Counted from the first letter of the stretch, positions 1 through 14,009 are shown. The stretch: DNA of 64,000 bases from Octopus vulgaris (GCA_951406725.2 OX597823.1:93744001-93808000), one strand, 5' to 3'. The notes: generated by a model from the sequence alone, not told the origin. Numbers and translations: made by a program.

Positions 1-16
1 TGTTGATTGGACCGAA

Positions 17-312
17 GTGTGGCGAGCGTGATTACACAGGTGGCACGACTGATGGAGATGATACGCAGTTAAAATATATCATTTCATTCGGAAAATAGAA
101 AAAATATTAATGAGTATTACTAAGTCGGATATAGTCCAACAGTTAATGAGTATTACTTGCTCGAGTATAATCCAACACTTTGTCTGTGTGGCGAGCGTGT
201 TTACACGTGTTGTGCGAGTGACGGAGATGATACAGTTAAAATACATCATTTCATTCGGGAAATAGAAACAAATTTAAATGAGTATTACTTACTCGGATAA
301 AGTCCAGCACTT
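17..312. repeat. Diverged tandem repeat, ~169-bp period, ~1.8 copies, with an internal ~35-bp sub-duplication
   Basis: gtgtggcgagcgtg starts at 17 and 186. Both units share ggagatgatac..agttaaaata.atcatttcattcgg.aaatagaaa and aatgagtattact. Confidence 0.75.
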
Positions 313-379
313 GGTAGTTATTTAAGCTCCATTTGTTGTCTTTATTCCCGATGATATATTAATGATAAATTAATATTAA

Positions 380-2084
380 TGATACATAAACTTAGATAAA
401 CTTAGATATGTTTCGACCAAAGATTGGTCCAGGCCATGTCTAACTTAATAGCACCACCTGATAAGATTATTTGAATCCTGTTTAAGTCAAGTTTAGTTTA
501 TGGTCCATTCAAGTAGTGAGTTTTTGTTGGGTGAGTTGTATCCAATTATGGGTGGCTTATCTTGTATTCCTTGAAGAAATCTATCCAGACTCCGTTTAAA
601 GTTGATGGGATCCTTTTCCTCTTTGATCTCTTTCGGGACAATGCTAAATAGGGCAGGGCCTGTTGAGAAAAAGAAATTATGTTGCAGTGTACATGTATGC
701 TGTGATCTTGAATTGGGCAGGGGACGTAAGGCCCGTGGTCCCAGTCTTGGATGAACCTTGAAGCTAATGTTCAGGTCGTTTGGGTAAAGTTGGGGGTATA
801 TTCTCCACATCGTACAAATGATGTACCGCTCAAAGCGACGCTGGAGAGAGTAGAGTTTCAAGGCTTTAAGGCGATCCCAATAATCGAGAGCAGCCATGCC
901 TTCAATTCGTTTAGTGAGTGACCTCTGGAGTGATTCAATCCTCGAGATGTTTTGTCTTGTATTGGGAGACCACAGTGGGCAGCAGTATTCGAGGTGTGGC
1001 CGTACAAAGGAGGACAAAAGTGGTATGATGACACCTTGTTCTCTGGACTGGAAAGTTCTTAAGATCCAGGAACTCATCCTACGAGCTTTATCGACCTTCT
1101 TGTTGATGTGTACACCCAACTGAGATCGTCATCAACAAATTACTCCCAGGTCTCTGATATTGTTAGAGGCTGTGAGCGGTTCCCTTGAAGGAAGAGAGTA
1201 TGGCTGTTTTAGTGAGGAATTTCTTCCAAAATGCATCAGCTCAAATTTTCCCTCGTTCAGTTGCATTTTGTTTCTGTCTGCCCATTGACTCACAGCATAT
1301 AGATCAGACTTAAGTTGAGTTCGGTCTGCTTCTTCATTGACGATTTGCTTAGTGTCATCAGCAAATATTTTCACTTTGCAGTAATGTACGACACAGGAAG
1401 GTCGTTTATGTAAATTATGAAGTGTAGCGGATCCAAGACAGTCCCCTGGGGGACGCCGCTGGTGACTTTTGCTGGGCTTGAGTGGACTCCATCAACTACA
1501 ATCTGTTGTGTTCTATTCGCCAGGAAATACTTAATCCAGTGTAGAACTTTTCCACAGATTCCAACATTTGCCAATTTTGAGAGTAGGATATTATGGTCTA
1601 CCCTGTCGAACGCTTTACTGAAGTCAAGATATATGACATCAGAGTTCGAACCTGTTCCCAAGGCTTTGAGTACATCTTCAATGTGGTGTAAGAGCTGTGT
1701 TAGACAGTCCCTGCCACAGCGAAAGCCAAGCTGATTTGCTTTTAGGAGTTTGTGGGTCTCCAGGAAGCCAGCTATCCTTGATCTTAACACTCTTTCAAAC
1801 ACTTTAATGATGTGGGAGGTGAGTGAGATTGGGCGATAGTTGAGTGCGAGGGATCTGTTTCCCTGTTTGAAAACCGGGATGACTGACTGAGTTAGAAACT
1901 GTTTCGGTATATAACCTGCGTCTAACGAATTTGTCCAGAGGTTGGTCAGAGGGACTGCAAGTTGGTGTCTACATTCCTTCAGGAGACTAGCGGGGAATCT
2001 ATCAGGGCCTACAGCAGAGTAATGTTTGACCTCATTTATTGCTGCTACGATGTCAGTGGCAGTGAAGGTTATGTCTGAGATTTT
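380..2084 (-). mobile_element. 5'-truncated, frameshifted CR1-like non-LTR retrotransposon (RT and C-terminus)
   Basis: Minus-strand frames give NYRPISLTSHIIKVFER, GFRCGRDC, YLDFSKAFDRVDH, SGVPQGTVL, FADDTK, VRPHLEYCCPLWSP and LKLYSLQRR (ORFs 1371..1802, 1132..1374, 493..1119). The 3' UTR has a small stem-loop and a repeated tatctaagtt tail. Confidence 0.93.
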
Positions 2085-2131
2085 ATGTTGGGAGTCAACT
2101 TCGTTCGCTTCTCTTACGTCAATATAAGTAT

Positions 2132-2132
<1 letters not shown>

Positions 2133-2194
<62 letters not shown>

Positions 2195-2429
2195 TAGTCT
2201 TATTTTTATCATGTGCTTTCACTGCACTACCGAGCACAGCTCTGTGTTTGAGTATGTACTGTGGTATGTTGTGGTGATTTTATTTTCACTGTATTGAAAG
2301 TGTTTTACGTAGGATGTGTACAGTGCCTAGTAGTGTTATTTTTTGAGAATTATATATATTTTTTGGTCCTGGTGTTTTTGCTATGCATCATCATTATTGT
2401 TATTATTATTATTGTTATTATTATTATTG

Positions 2430-2490
<61 letters not shown>

Positions 2491-2497
2491 CATTATT
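2133..2497 (-). mobile_element. ~200-bp 3' tip of an R4/Dong-like RLE retrotransposon (2191-2389) embedded in (TAA)n
   Basis: The minus strand reads TPGPKNIYNSQKITLLGTVHILRKTLSIQ*, homologous to IQKIVLMGTAHILRKIL at the end of ORF 53437..53892. (ATT)n lies on both sides. Confidence 0.75.
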
Positions 2498-2855
2498 TTA
2501 AACAGCTAGGGAATAAAACTAAACAAAAAACTCTCATTTCGTTTAATTGATCTCTATGTTACTTGTTATACATACCGTCATAGATCGATAATGAAACAAA
2601 TAGATGTTCTTGTCAGTAATGTAGGTTCTTGAGTATCAGACCAGCAACTGCGTTGGTGACCTGACTGTTGTGAGTAAATAAATTATGAAGGTTTTGTCAA
2701 CAAGCATGTTTAGTGAACTGATTTGGGTCCCAGTTTAGATAATTTCACTTGAAATATGAACCATGCCGATGGCTTTGGTTTTTGTCAGTGTTATTAAAAG
2801 TTCTGTTCTGTGAAGCTGACTAACAACATGAAATCAGTAACACAAATACAAACAG

Positions 2856-2856
<1 letters not shown>

Positions 2857-2912
<56 letters not shown>

Positions 2913-2943
2913 TGCGTGTATGTGTGTGTGTAGATAGATAGAC

Positions 2944-2990
<47 letters not shown>

Positions 2991-3027
2991 CAAAGAGATA
3001 GATAGATAGGTAGATAGAGAGATAAAC

Positions 3028-3094
<67 letters not shown>

Positions 3095-3128
3095 CAAACA
3101 AGATAGATAGGTAGATAGAGAGATAAAC

Positions 3129-3206
<78 letters not shown>

Positions 3207-3367
3207 AAAGATGGTCATTCAAAATATCAGGTATAGATGAAAGAGTTGTTTTTTTATCGTATTTCTGCTACTGCAAATGCACTTGCGACAATGCATGACA
3301 GTCGAACAAACGCATTACTTATTCGGATTGAAATATCAGGTCTTGCACCTATCAATATATGGAAATA

Positions 3368-3438
<71 letters not shown>

Positions 3439-3524
3439 ATACATGTATTTATATATGTATTGATATATGTATATATATATATATATATATATGTATATAA
3501 TATATATATATGTATGTATATGTA

Positions 3525-3590
<66 letters not shown>
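2857..3590. repeat. Microsatellite cluster (TG)n, (GATA)n, (TA)n; representative of dozens of similar tracts in the window
   Basis: Directly visible simple repeats. They generate the YLSI/YIYI/THTH pseudo-ORFs. Confidence 0.97.
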
Positions 3591-3598
<8 letters not shown>

Positions 3599-4047
3599 TA
3601 TAGATTGAATGTAAGCTATTTGTGAAGTAATTCCATTTAGGCCTCCCCCACCACTATAATCAACTCCCTAATTCCCATGTGTAACCATTTCATTTCACTG
3701 AGTGTCACACAATGTATTTTGCAGATTACCCTATTTACTTGATACTTTCAAGTTCCGATATAATTTCGAACATAGCACCAAATCAATAATATGATTGTAT
3801 AGTGTGAACGCTGCAGTGGAAACGTTAACCCGGAATAAAGTGCGTAGGTCAGATTTAAAAAACCAGTTACTGTAGATTTACTAAAATAGTATCTCGAAAT
3901 AGAAAGGCATGAAAATCATACAATCTCTCTTCTGCTTAACAATATAAGCTAGTGTATCTGTGTACAATACACGAATACGAGGGACATGACGTAGTTTAGA
4001 ATGTTAGGGCAAGATTAAACATGACTTAACGACATTTCTTCGTGCTC

Positions 4048-4220
4048 AGGCGACAAGCTGGCAAAATAGTTTGCACCCCGGATAAAGTGTTTGGTGGTAT
4101 TATGTTGAAATTCTGCCGAGATTGACTTTGTCGTACATCTTTTTCGGGTCCATAGAATAAGTAATCAACTTACTACCTCACCCCAAATTGCTGTCACTGT
4201 ATCAAATTTGTCACCAATAA
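4048..4220 (+). mobile_element. Degenerate SINE family A copy
   Basis: aggcgacaagctggcaaaa...aaattctgccgagattgacttt...ggtccatagaataagta resembles the better-preserved copy at 51621. Confidence 0.6.
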
Positions 4221-4379
4221 CCACCCTTAGCCTTGATTATGTTTTTTTCTTTTCGCTGGTGTAAGAGAATATGGAAGCTATATACGTCCCCCGTTTTTCT
4301 GACGAGGGAGGGCACTATGACTTTCCTTTTTCATGTCATATTCTTTTATTCTTTTACTGGTAACAGTAATTTCACTGCC

Positions 4380-4527
4380 TTCATATTGGGACACCTCCTT
4401 TTAGTCGGAGAAATTGACCCCTGGATTTATTCCTTGTAGGCCTGGAAGCTTATTCTATCGGCCCCTTCTGCCGAGATGCTAAGTGACGGGAACTGACACA
4501 AGCACACACATAAATTTATGCATATGC

Positions 4528-4561
<34 letters not shown>

Positions 4562-4721
4562 TTATTTATACGGTGGGCTTCTTTCAGCTTCGGTCTACCA
4601 AATCCACTCACAAGGCTTTGCTATAGTAGATGACACTAGCCCAATGTGCCACGCAGCGGGACTGAACCTGGAAGCATGTGGTTAGAAAGCAAGCTTCTTA
4701 AAACACAGTCACGCCTGTGCC
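4380..4721 (-). mobile_element. SINE family B copy (tRNA head, CORE-like ccttgggcaagtgtc segment), degraded
   Basis: gggcttctttcagcttcggtctaccaaatccactcacaaggctttg...gggactgaacctggaagcatgtggtt is the reverse complement of the copy at 23142. Confidence 0.85.
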
Positions 4722-4768
4722 TATATACATTCGTATTAAATATCGATTAACGCTTACATGTTTCTACA

Positions 4769-5340
4769 ATCCGAATCGGCAATGACACCCCGGTCTCGCG
4801 CCATTTCCGCTCTACCGGTCACTCTTTGCAACACCTGTCTGTGTTCGGATTATCCTTCCACAACCAACCCATTATTTCCCCACTCCCGCCTCCCCACCTC
4901 CCAACACCATCACACCACCACACACACAACTAAACCTTACACCACCATACCACACAAAACATCACATCACAACACACCACCACACACACATCAGCACTGA
5001 CCACTTCCCAGACCCACTTTTTTACACATACACATATACACATGCACACGTCAAGATCACCAGCCCTCTTCCACACGGACGCGCACCTTAGTTTTGGGAT
5101 CACCATCACTTTATTATCTCCCCTCTCCCTCGCTCTCCTGTGTGACCGTTCTGTCTGGCCTTTGCCCTGATAGATCGCTAGCCACTACACATTCTTTATT
5201 TACTCTCCTTGTTGCTTTCTGTGTTCCTTTCTGTGGAAGAGCGTAGAACCAAAACGTTAAAGATTTTTTTCATTTCCCGAACGTTATACTAATAAATCTG
5301 TTTGTTGTCTTCGTCTTTCGATTTTTTGTGAATTCTCCTT
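4769..5340 (+). mobile_element. Penelope-like element 3' remnant: GIY-YIG C-terminus plus pseudo-LTR with a degenerate hammerhead-like motif
   Basis: 4769-4855 translates IRIGNDTPVSRHFRSTGHSLQHLSVFGLS, typical of the end of a PLE GIY-YIG domain. 5227-5262 reads cttt-ctgtgga-a-gagcgtagaacc-aaaac-gtt-aaag. The tail is shared with 24564-24765 and 42439-42592. Confidence 0.65.
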
Positions 5341-5345
5341 ATTTA

Positions 5346-6634
5346 CAGTTGCGGCCAAAATGTTCAGAACGGCATTGTTTTCGTCAAAAAAGTAAGTATA
5401 AGTTTTTATCAAAGTTGTTTTATATTCTATAATTTTCACAGACAATAAACACAATATTATTTGTTATTGTCTGAGATTTTGGTGTAATTTGAGAGGATAA
5501 TACAAAAGTTATGGATGATTTAGTGATTTACTGCAAACCCATGGCGGCCAAAAGGATGAGAACGGTTGCTTTTACTCCATGTTTTAGTATATTTAACCAG
5601 CGAACTCTAATGTCTTGAATTTGTTTACGTAACAGTTCGTTTACTAAACATTAGTAAGAATATCTGCAGTGTACTTTGTTAATATAATGCCACTTAATCC
5701 GTTACCAATTCATCAGCAGATTATTAAGCTTCGAAAGAAGGATAATTTAAGTATTAGCTCTATTGCAAAGATTGTTAACAAGTCAAAAAGTGTTGTTCAC
5801 GGTATTCTTAAGGTCTACGATGATTGTGGTTTGTGTGAAGCAAGAAAGTCTACAGGTAGGCCAAGAAAAACGACCAAGAGAGAAGATCGTGCTATGGTAA
5901 AGTTGGTTAAAAAGGACAGATTTAAAACTGCTGCTGCTGTTGTTCGGGAAATGAGCATTGTACTGAAGAAAACTTTATCTCGAAAAACTGTGTCTTGTCG
6001 TTTAGTTGAACATGACCTACAAGCAAGAGCACCTGAGAAATTCAACTAATCGACCACCCATATTCATGCAGGACAATGCCCCATGTCACAAGGCTAAGGT
6101 GGTCATGAACTTCCTCAAGGCTGAAAAGGTTATTGTTATGGATTGGCCTGCTCAAAGCCCAGACGTCAATCGTATTGAAAATGTGTGGAATATTCTAGGA
6201 GAACGTTTGAAAGCCAGAAATCCTAAAACAACCGAGCGATTATGGAATGCCCTTCAGGGAGAATGGAATAAGATCACCCAGCAAGAAATTGAAAATTGAA
6301 TTTCCCAATGCAGTCGAAAATGTCAAACTTTGATTGAAGCTAAAGGGCTTCACACTAAAATATTAAATAATTCCAGTATTCTCTGTCATTTTTGATTATT
6401 TTGTTATTTTTTTCAACCGTTCTGATCATTTTGGCCACCATGGGTTTTGCAGTAAATCATTATATCATCTATAACATTTGTATTATCCGCTCAAATTACA
6501 CCAAAATCTCAGACAATGTCAATTAATATTGTATTCATTATCTTTAAAAATTATAGAATATAAAGCAACTTTAATAAAAACTTATATCTACTTTTCTGAC
6601 AAAAACAATGCCGTTCTTAACATTTTGGCCGCGA

Positions 6635-6637
<3 letters not shown>
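5346..6637 (+). mobile_element. Tc1-family DNA transposon (DD34E, IR/DR type), internally deleted
   Basis: TA on both sides (5344-5345, 6638-6639). ~223-bp TIRs at 5346-5568 and 6414-6637. HTH/GRPRKT region in ORF 5669..6049; QDNAPCH-WPAQSPDVNRIENVW in ORF 6006..6299 with 34 residues between D and E. Confidence 0.95.
5687..6365 (+). pseudogene. Tc1 transposase pseudogene lacking the first catalytic Asp region
   Basis: The DNA-binding domain joins the second-Asp region directly near 6040 through a deletion and frameshift. A stop at 6297-6299 precedes the ...AKGLHTK end. Confidence 0.88.
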
Positions 6638-6684
<47 letters not shown>

Positions 6685-7254
6685 ATGTATAGTTACATAT
6701 GTATACATACATAGGTATGAATATATGTATACGCATGTGGGTGTATATGTGTGGGTGTGTGCGCGCGTCTGCTTGCGTGTCTGTTTATATGTGTGTGTGT
6801 GTGTGTGTGTATGCACTGAGCATTATTACCAATTTACCTGATATCACCAAACAATCAGCAGTGAATATTGTTAAGTACTGACATCCAATATCTTACATGA
6901 TATTGGTGACAAAAGTACATTGTTGTATATAATTTATCACTGATACCAATGAATGAAATTCAACACAGATGTTATCCACAATGCCCTATATATTGTTTAA
7001 GTACAAGACTAATTAGATATTTTATAGCTAAAGCAGCGTATTTAAATATTTAAAGAAATCATGATTATTGTATGAATATTTATGAATTTTTTTTAATTGG
7101 TTTCCTATGCATTCAGTGACAGCCGATTGAGGCTATTTAGCAACAATAATTTAATATATTTCAGAGTTTAGTCTATATTTTAAGGCAACAATATTTCTTC
7201 AGAGATTGTGAGATGCATATGATATGCTACATCAATCAATATCTCTACGTAGCG

Positions 7255-7770
7255 AGGCGGTGCGTTGGCAGAATCGTTAGCATGGCGGGAAAATGGTTTG
7301 TGGCACTCTGTCTTTACATTCTGAGCTCAAATTCCACTAGCTTTGCCTTTCAACCTTTCTGGGATGATAAAATAATTACCTGTTAAACACTGGGGTCGAT
7401 GTAACAGACTTTCACCCTCCCTCGAATTTGCTGGTCCTGTGTAAAATTTTGAAATATTTTGCCAACGCATAAGGAGCGGAGAGCTTGCAAAACGGTTACC
7501 AGGTCGGTTAAAATGTCGCAGGCAGTGTCAACTCCTTCTTGCAATAAGATTAGGCTGCGTAATTTTGCCCTGGGCAATGTTATGTTATTATTGCTGAGGG
7601 TGGCCACCTGGAGCTGGCAGAATCTTTAGCATGCCGTCCACTTTTACGTTCCCAGTTCAAAAGCTGCCGGGGTCAACATTGCCTTTCATCCTTTCGGGAA
7701 CGATAAAATAAGTACCAGTTGATCGATGTAATCAATATAAACGACTCGCCTACTCAGAATATGAGACCAA
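7255..7770 (+). mobile_element. Two degenerate SINE family A copies (~7255-7460 and ~7595-7770)
   Basis: Both contain ggcagaatc(g/t)ttagcatg and gcctttca(a/t)cctttc.ggga..gataaaataa.tacc. Confidence 0.75.
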
Positions 7771-8319
7771 TATCATCTTATTATTCAGATCTTCACTTTA
7801 TCCACTTGTACTATATTTGTTCTGTGCCTCTAGAACGTGTTCTAAGGGCCATGGGAATAAATGTTATTACAAGACACACGTTTCCTGATTGCAGCCATAA
7901 GCAAAAAACTAAATTAATTTCATTTTCAAAACATCAATATTTTCCCTAATTTCCCTGCAACAAAACTATTTTACGACTAAAATGGCAGACATTAAGACGT
8001 TTCGATCAGTTATCATAGTTTCTCATGATACGCACGTGACATGAGAAATAAAGAGTTGTAATGCACACACCATTAGTATACGTATGTCAAAATAGAATGA
8101 GACATCCGGAAATTTAAACAACTTGTATCTCAGCTCACGGTGTAATTAATATCCAAGATGTTTCGTCACAAATCGACTCATCTTTCTATATCTGCACATT
8201 TGCTGAAGCACGGAAAGTGAATATAACACCCAAGAAATAATTTACTTCGGCTAGTCTAATTAATTTTACGATAAACATCAGTCAAACTGCAGTCTTTTAT
8301 CAGATATCTAATTCTATTA

Positions 8320-8388
<69 letters not shown>

Positions 8389-9171
8389 TCTCTAACATCC
8401 ATTTGGGATCAAAGAATATTTTTGCACATCATCCGATGATTTTATGTTAGGAATAGAGGTCTGGCCATATATTCACCAGTGTGTCTGTGAGTGAGTGTGT
8501 TTGTGTACGTGTATGTGTCTAGGTGTGTATATATAAATGTAAGTGTACTTGTGAGTATACATGTATTTACACACATATCAATAAATCAATATGAGATTGG
8601 GCTTCTAGACGAGTGAACAAACAAACATATAGACGCACACACATATCAGATGTAACATGCTATCTTAAAGATAGTATATGGATAGCGATATGTTTTCCCC
8701 TCTAATATGTATATAATACAATTTTACTGAACTTCAGTTTTTTTAATATGCTAGACCACTGGTGTGAAATCGATGTTAATTAAATTAATATCTAATTTCT
8801 CACCCTCATTTTAATTTTATATATATATATGAATTCAAATAAACATAGAAACGAAAGAAATAACGAGGACGTACACTTGAAGAATATAATTTTGACACTT
8901 GGTGTAAGGAGAGATTTTGACACTTCGAGCATAACTCTTCGATGGGAAACGAATAAAAGGAAAAGCACAAAGATGGAAAAGACATCGACTATGTATGATT
9001 GGAGGTTTACTTCATAGGTGATCTGCACGATAAGGTGCGCTAGCTAAGTGCCGTATTGGATTACAAGGGCTCCAAGTTTATATCTGAGGCGGTAGTTATG
9101 GAGTCATTACAAATTTCCGAGGCAGCGGATATATAATTGCTAAAGAATTGTCCTCTCTATATATTTAGAAG

Positions 9172-9309
9172 GATATGATGATTGCTTCGTCTTGACAGAT
9201 GATAGTTGTCCTATCAACACGCGCACGACAGCCGAGCACAAAGCACAATCCTTCCGTGGACGAGCCCTCCGATGACTTCTAAGACCAGCTGCTACCTTAC
9301 AGGCTTTAG

Positions 9310-9310
<1 letters not shown>
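9172..9310 (-). mobile_element. RTE-clade LINE extreme 3' fragment
   Basis: The minus strand encodes (V)SKACKVAAGLRSHRRA, resembling the terminal C2H2-like motif of the RTE at 32250-32320, followed by an RTE-like tail atcatctgtcaagacgaagcaatcatcat. Confidence 0.5.
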
Positions 9311-9340
<30 letters not shown>

Positions 9341-9542
9341 CATACACACACATATTCATAAACAGTAAATGAGCTGCCACATCAAAGAGGCAGTTGAATG
9401 TTACTACTAATTTAACCCCAGGCAGATTCTCCACCAGCTGGTTTTCGATCAAACATTCTGCATCATGTATATACAATATATCGGTAGCAGACGGAGCAAA
9501 CATCTACTCTATCTCTTCTTGAGATTTTATAACTATAACTTT

Positions 9543-9994
<452 letters not shown>

Positions 9995-10009
9995 TCTATT
10001 ATTCTTTTA

Positions 10010-10375
10010 TTTGTTTTAGTCATTTGATTTCAGCCATGCTGGAGCACTCCCTGTAGTCGAGTAAATCCGCCCCAGGACTTATTCTTTGTGAGTCTAGTAG
10101 TTATCCTATCGGGCTCTTTTTTCTGAACTGTTAACTTACGGGGACCGTAAACGCACCAGCATCGATTGCTAAGTGATGGGGCGGGTGGGGGACAAACACA
10201 CAGAAATATATACATATATACAACGGGCTTCTTTCAGTTTCCGTCTATCAAATCCAGTCACAAGGCTTTGGTCGTCCCGAGGCTATAGTAGAAGACACTT
10301 GCCCAAGGCGTTACGCAATGGGACTGAACCCGTAACCATGTGGTTGGTAAGCAAGCTACTTACCTCACAGCGCCC
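10010..10375 (-). mobile_element. SINE family B, near full length
   Basis: Reverse complement of 23142-23553 (ccatgctggagcac...gggcttctttcagtttccgtct...gggactgaacccgtaaccatgtggttggtaagcaagctactta). Confidence 0.9.
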
Positions 10376-10473
10376 ATACACTCATACATATGCATATATA
10401 TATATATGTATGTATTTATGTATAAACATATATATATATATATATATATAAGTATATATATATATATATATGC

Positions 10474-10515
<42 letters not shown>

Positions 10516-10561
10516 ATACATATATATAATATATATATATGTTTATATATGTCTGCATGTT

Positions 10562-10597
<36 letters not shown>

Positions 10598-10874
10598 CTG
10601 TCTTTTTCTGCTTATTCTGGAATGTATTCATATACTTGGAAGTATATAAGGGGAAGTAGTCCGGCGTTACTCACAGCCCTGTCCTTCGAGGAGACGCTCA
10701 ATCTCTAATATTTTCTACCTCACTTAATAAGAAGGCATCTAGCATGAAATGAAGTTTTGACTGTTATTTCTCTAGCATATCTACTGACTTGCATATGGAT
10801 ACAGTCTGCAATATCTTTCAAATTCCTCTTTTCTGAATTATACAAATCCTCACTTCCTCTCTCTTTCTCTTTAC

Positions 10875-10906
<32 letters not shown>

Positions 10907-12623
10907 TCTCTTGGTTCGTACAAATGCGCAATTATGTGCTGAATTGTGCTCATGTATGTCTCGATGTTCTCGTTGAGTGCTCAAACATTGGTACGAATTC
11001 ACTGAATATGGAAGGGAGAAGTGGAAAAGAATTAAGAAGTAAAACAAGACAGTGGAGAGTAACTGAGAGAGAAAATCAAGCGATTAATTCACTACGACAG
11101 AACACAGTGAAAGCGAAAGAAACTATAAATTGTGGAATTAATCTTAGACAAGCAGTTCGAAGCTCAGTGATTCTTGAAGTTGCATATTAAACCAGTTGGA
11201 ACATCCCCAACGTATTGTAAATGAATATGTATAAAAGCAAATCATACGATGTTTATCTAACTAGCATTTAATTAATATAATGAAGAGGTGATTTGGTGTG
11301 CATGTGAAAAAATAAATTTCGAGTGAATAAATATATATTTAAAAAAAAAGATATTTCAAACAACAATAGCACGAATTTTTGTCAGTGAAGAGGTCACGGT
11401 TTCAAAGCGACGAAAATATTTTGACAAATTAAATTTAAATGTTGAAGTGAATCTAACGGTTTTGTGTGTTTCTTAAATGGCTTATAAACACCTTCCATGC
11501 TGCAATTGTTTTCGTTCCAGCACACGATCTCAGATTAGATCACTTGCTATGCAAGTACATCTCCGATATTTCAAGTACATCTCCGATATCCCTAAACACC
11601 TTTCCTATAAAACCTGTCTAAATTTTCGACGTGATAAGTGTAGCACGCTTCAAGACAAATGTAAATATTTGATCGCAAATACCAGCGGTTGAATTGTAGT
11701 TGCCCCAAATGATGTCTGGAGTAACGTGATTTCACAGATGCATAAGTTAGAGATCAGAGTGTCTCCACAAGTTATGCTATGCCTTCTCTGCATTCAGTGG
11801 TTATAGCTCTGGTAGGATGGATATGTGATTAGAATGTCCCAAGAAAAACTTGCATGTCAGATTTTTCAAGCCGAGTCGTCCGGCAGGGAGCTTAGGGGTA
11901 GACAAAGAAAATGTAGGGCTGGTTGCTTCTGTTAAAAGCCCATCGAGGTGGTTCTTGTGAATTCTACCTCCACCACTCTTCCAGAATAGAGGATGGTCTA
12001 AATGGATTGATGAGTCGATCGACGGATGGCTGGGTGAATACATGAATGGATGGAAGAAAATTCTACAATATTAAAAGTGATATTTAGCTCGAGAATTAGT
12101 ACAGACGACAACGAAGTTGAAGGAAATTTGGCTACAGAAAAGAAATTTGAACAAACAACATACAACAGGATGTATTACCTTCATATAATGAAACCGACGA
12201 CGACTCCGGTAATGAAAATAAAATGCTTTGCTGAAAGAAAATAAAAAGAGTGCCAAGTATTTATTGAAACATTATCAAACAATTAATTATCCTGTAAGAC
12301 AAACAGATTGCGAAAGTAATTAAAAGACGGATATATATCTGGGGGCAAAATTGAGCGACGGATCAATATAACGGTAAGTAATTGGAATAAGTAATCAATA
12401 GAACGGTAAGTATAAAAATATTAACATTTGATAAAAATATATAAAGGAAAGCATTGATCCAAAAATGGTGATTATAAAAATATTAAGCTTAACATTATAT
12501 ACAACTTTGTGAATGTTCCTTCATTGACATATCAGATAGCCAGACGCAAACATATTGACATACACTTATGTGAGATATATTGTGTGAATATATGCATACA
12601 TGTACGTGTATGATTATATATGA

Positions 12624-12665
<42 letters not shown>

Positions 12666-13103
12666 TTGAATTATGAGAGACAAGACACACATTTGCCTGC
12701 CTCCTGTCAAAGCTCGTTTCTCCAGCGTTCACCACTTCACCTCGTTATGGTTTAACAGCCCTCACCGTGTGATTTTACTGTTTTGTTCTTATTGACCTAT
12801 TTTTGTTCCCAATTTAACACCTCCGCAATCCCAAATTTTATTTAACCTGCTTTTTCGGGAACGTCTGCTTTAAGGAAGTCGTGTCTTGTCCCAACGTTCG
12901 AATCGCAGAGTAGATAAAACAGGGGACAGCTGATGACAGGATTGTTCTTTATGTGGCCTGTCTCGTTTCTCTATTTGTTTCTTTCGCTGTTCGAAAAAAG
13001 TTCGTTTTCCATGTTTTTGTTTTATTATGTTCTCGTTTTTTGAAGTCCTGTGCCCATATGTGCATATGTATATACATATAGATGTATGTATGTACATGCA
13101 TGT

Positions 13104-13134
<31 letters not shown>

Positions 13135-13271
13135 TTTATATTATTTATACATATATATATATTTGTATGTATATATGTATATATATTAATGTTTTGTTCT
13201 TTTCTTAGTCATTAAACGATTTAATTATAAGTAAAATAATTAGTTGCAAATTATAATATATGCATACATAC

Positions 13272-13307
<36 letters not shown>

Positions 13308-13308
<1 letters not shown>

Positions 13309-13589
13309 ATTAGGCTTAGTAAAATACTTTGCCACATACTGAACTTTCTAGAAATAGCAGAAAAGTATTTGATCACACTTAAGAAAATTTCTCTCAGATA
13401 ATGTTTACTCATAAATAACTCACGAAGGTATGGAGGTATGTACTTGTGATATTTTTCTGTTTTTACCTCCATACCTTCGTGAGTTATTTATGAGTAAACA
13501 TTATCTGAGAGAATCTAAAGTGTGAAATCATAACTTTTGCTGTAAGAAAGTTCATATTGCAAAGTAATTTATTTTACTAAGCCCTAATT
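13308..13589. repeat. Long inverted repeat: perfect 50-bp inner arms (13389-13438 / 13464-13513), 25-bp spacer, gapped outer arms
   Basis: ttctctcagataatgtttactcataaataactcacgaaggtatggaggta is followed by its exact reverse complement. Outer ends aattaggcttagtaaaata / tattttactaagccctaatt. Confidence 0.9.
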
Positions 13590-13684
13590 ATATAATATAA
13601 TATTTGAATTCAAATGGTCCTTTTACATACTGAACACTACTTGGTGAAATTGATTAATAACTAATTAATTTTACCCTCAATTGT

Positions 13685-13754
<70 letters not shown>

Positions 13755-14009
13755 TTGAAACACTCCTGTGACAACCTGGGACCTTCAAGACTGCTATAAC
13801 GCATGAGAGTATACTAGTCCCCTAATATTTTATATTCAACATTTCATCTATTCAATAAGACAATCAATACTTCATTTCATTTTACTATATATATATATAT
13901 ATATTATTTATACTATATATTCTTTATTCTACATTAATATTATAAAGAATATAAATAAACATAAAAACGGACAGAGTTGGGATTTCTTTAAATAATATAT
14001 GTGTGCGTA

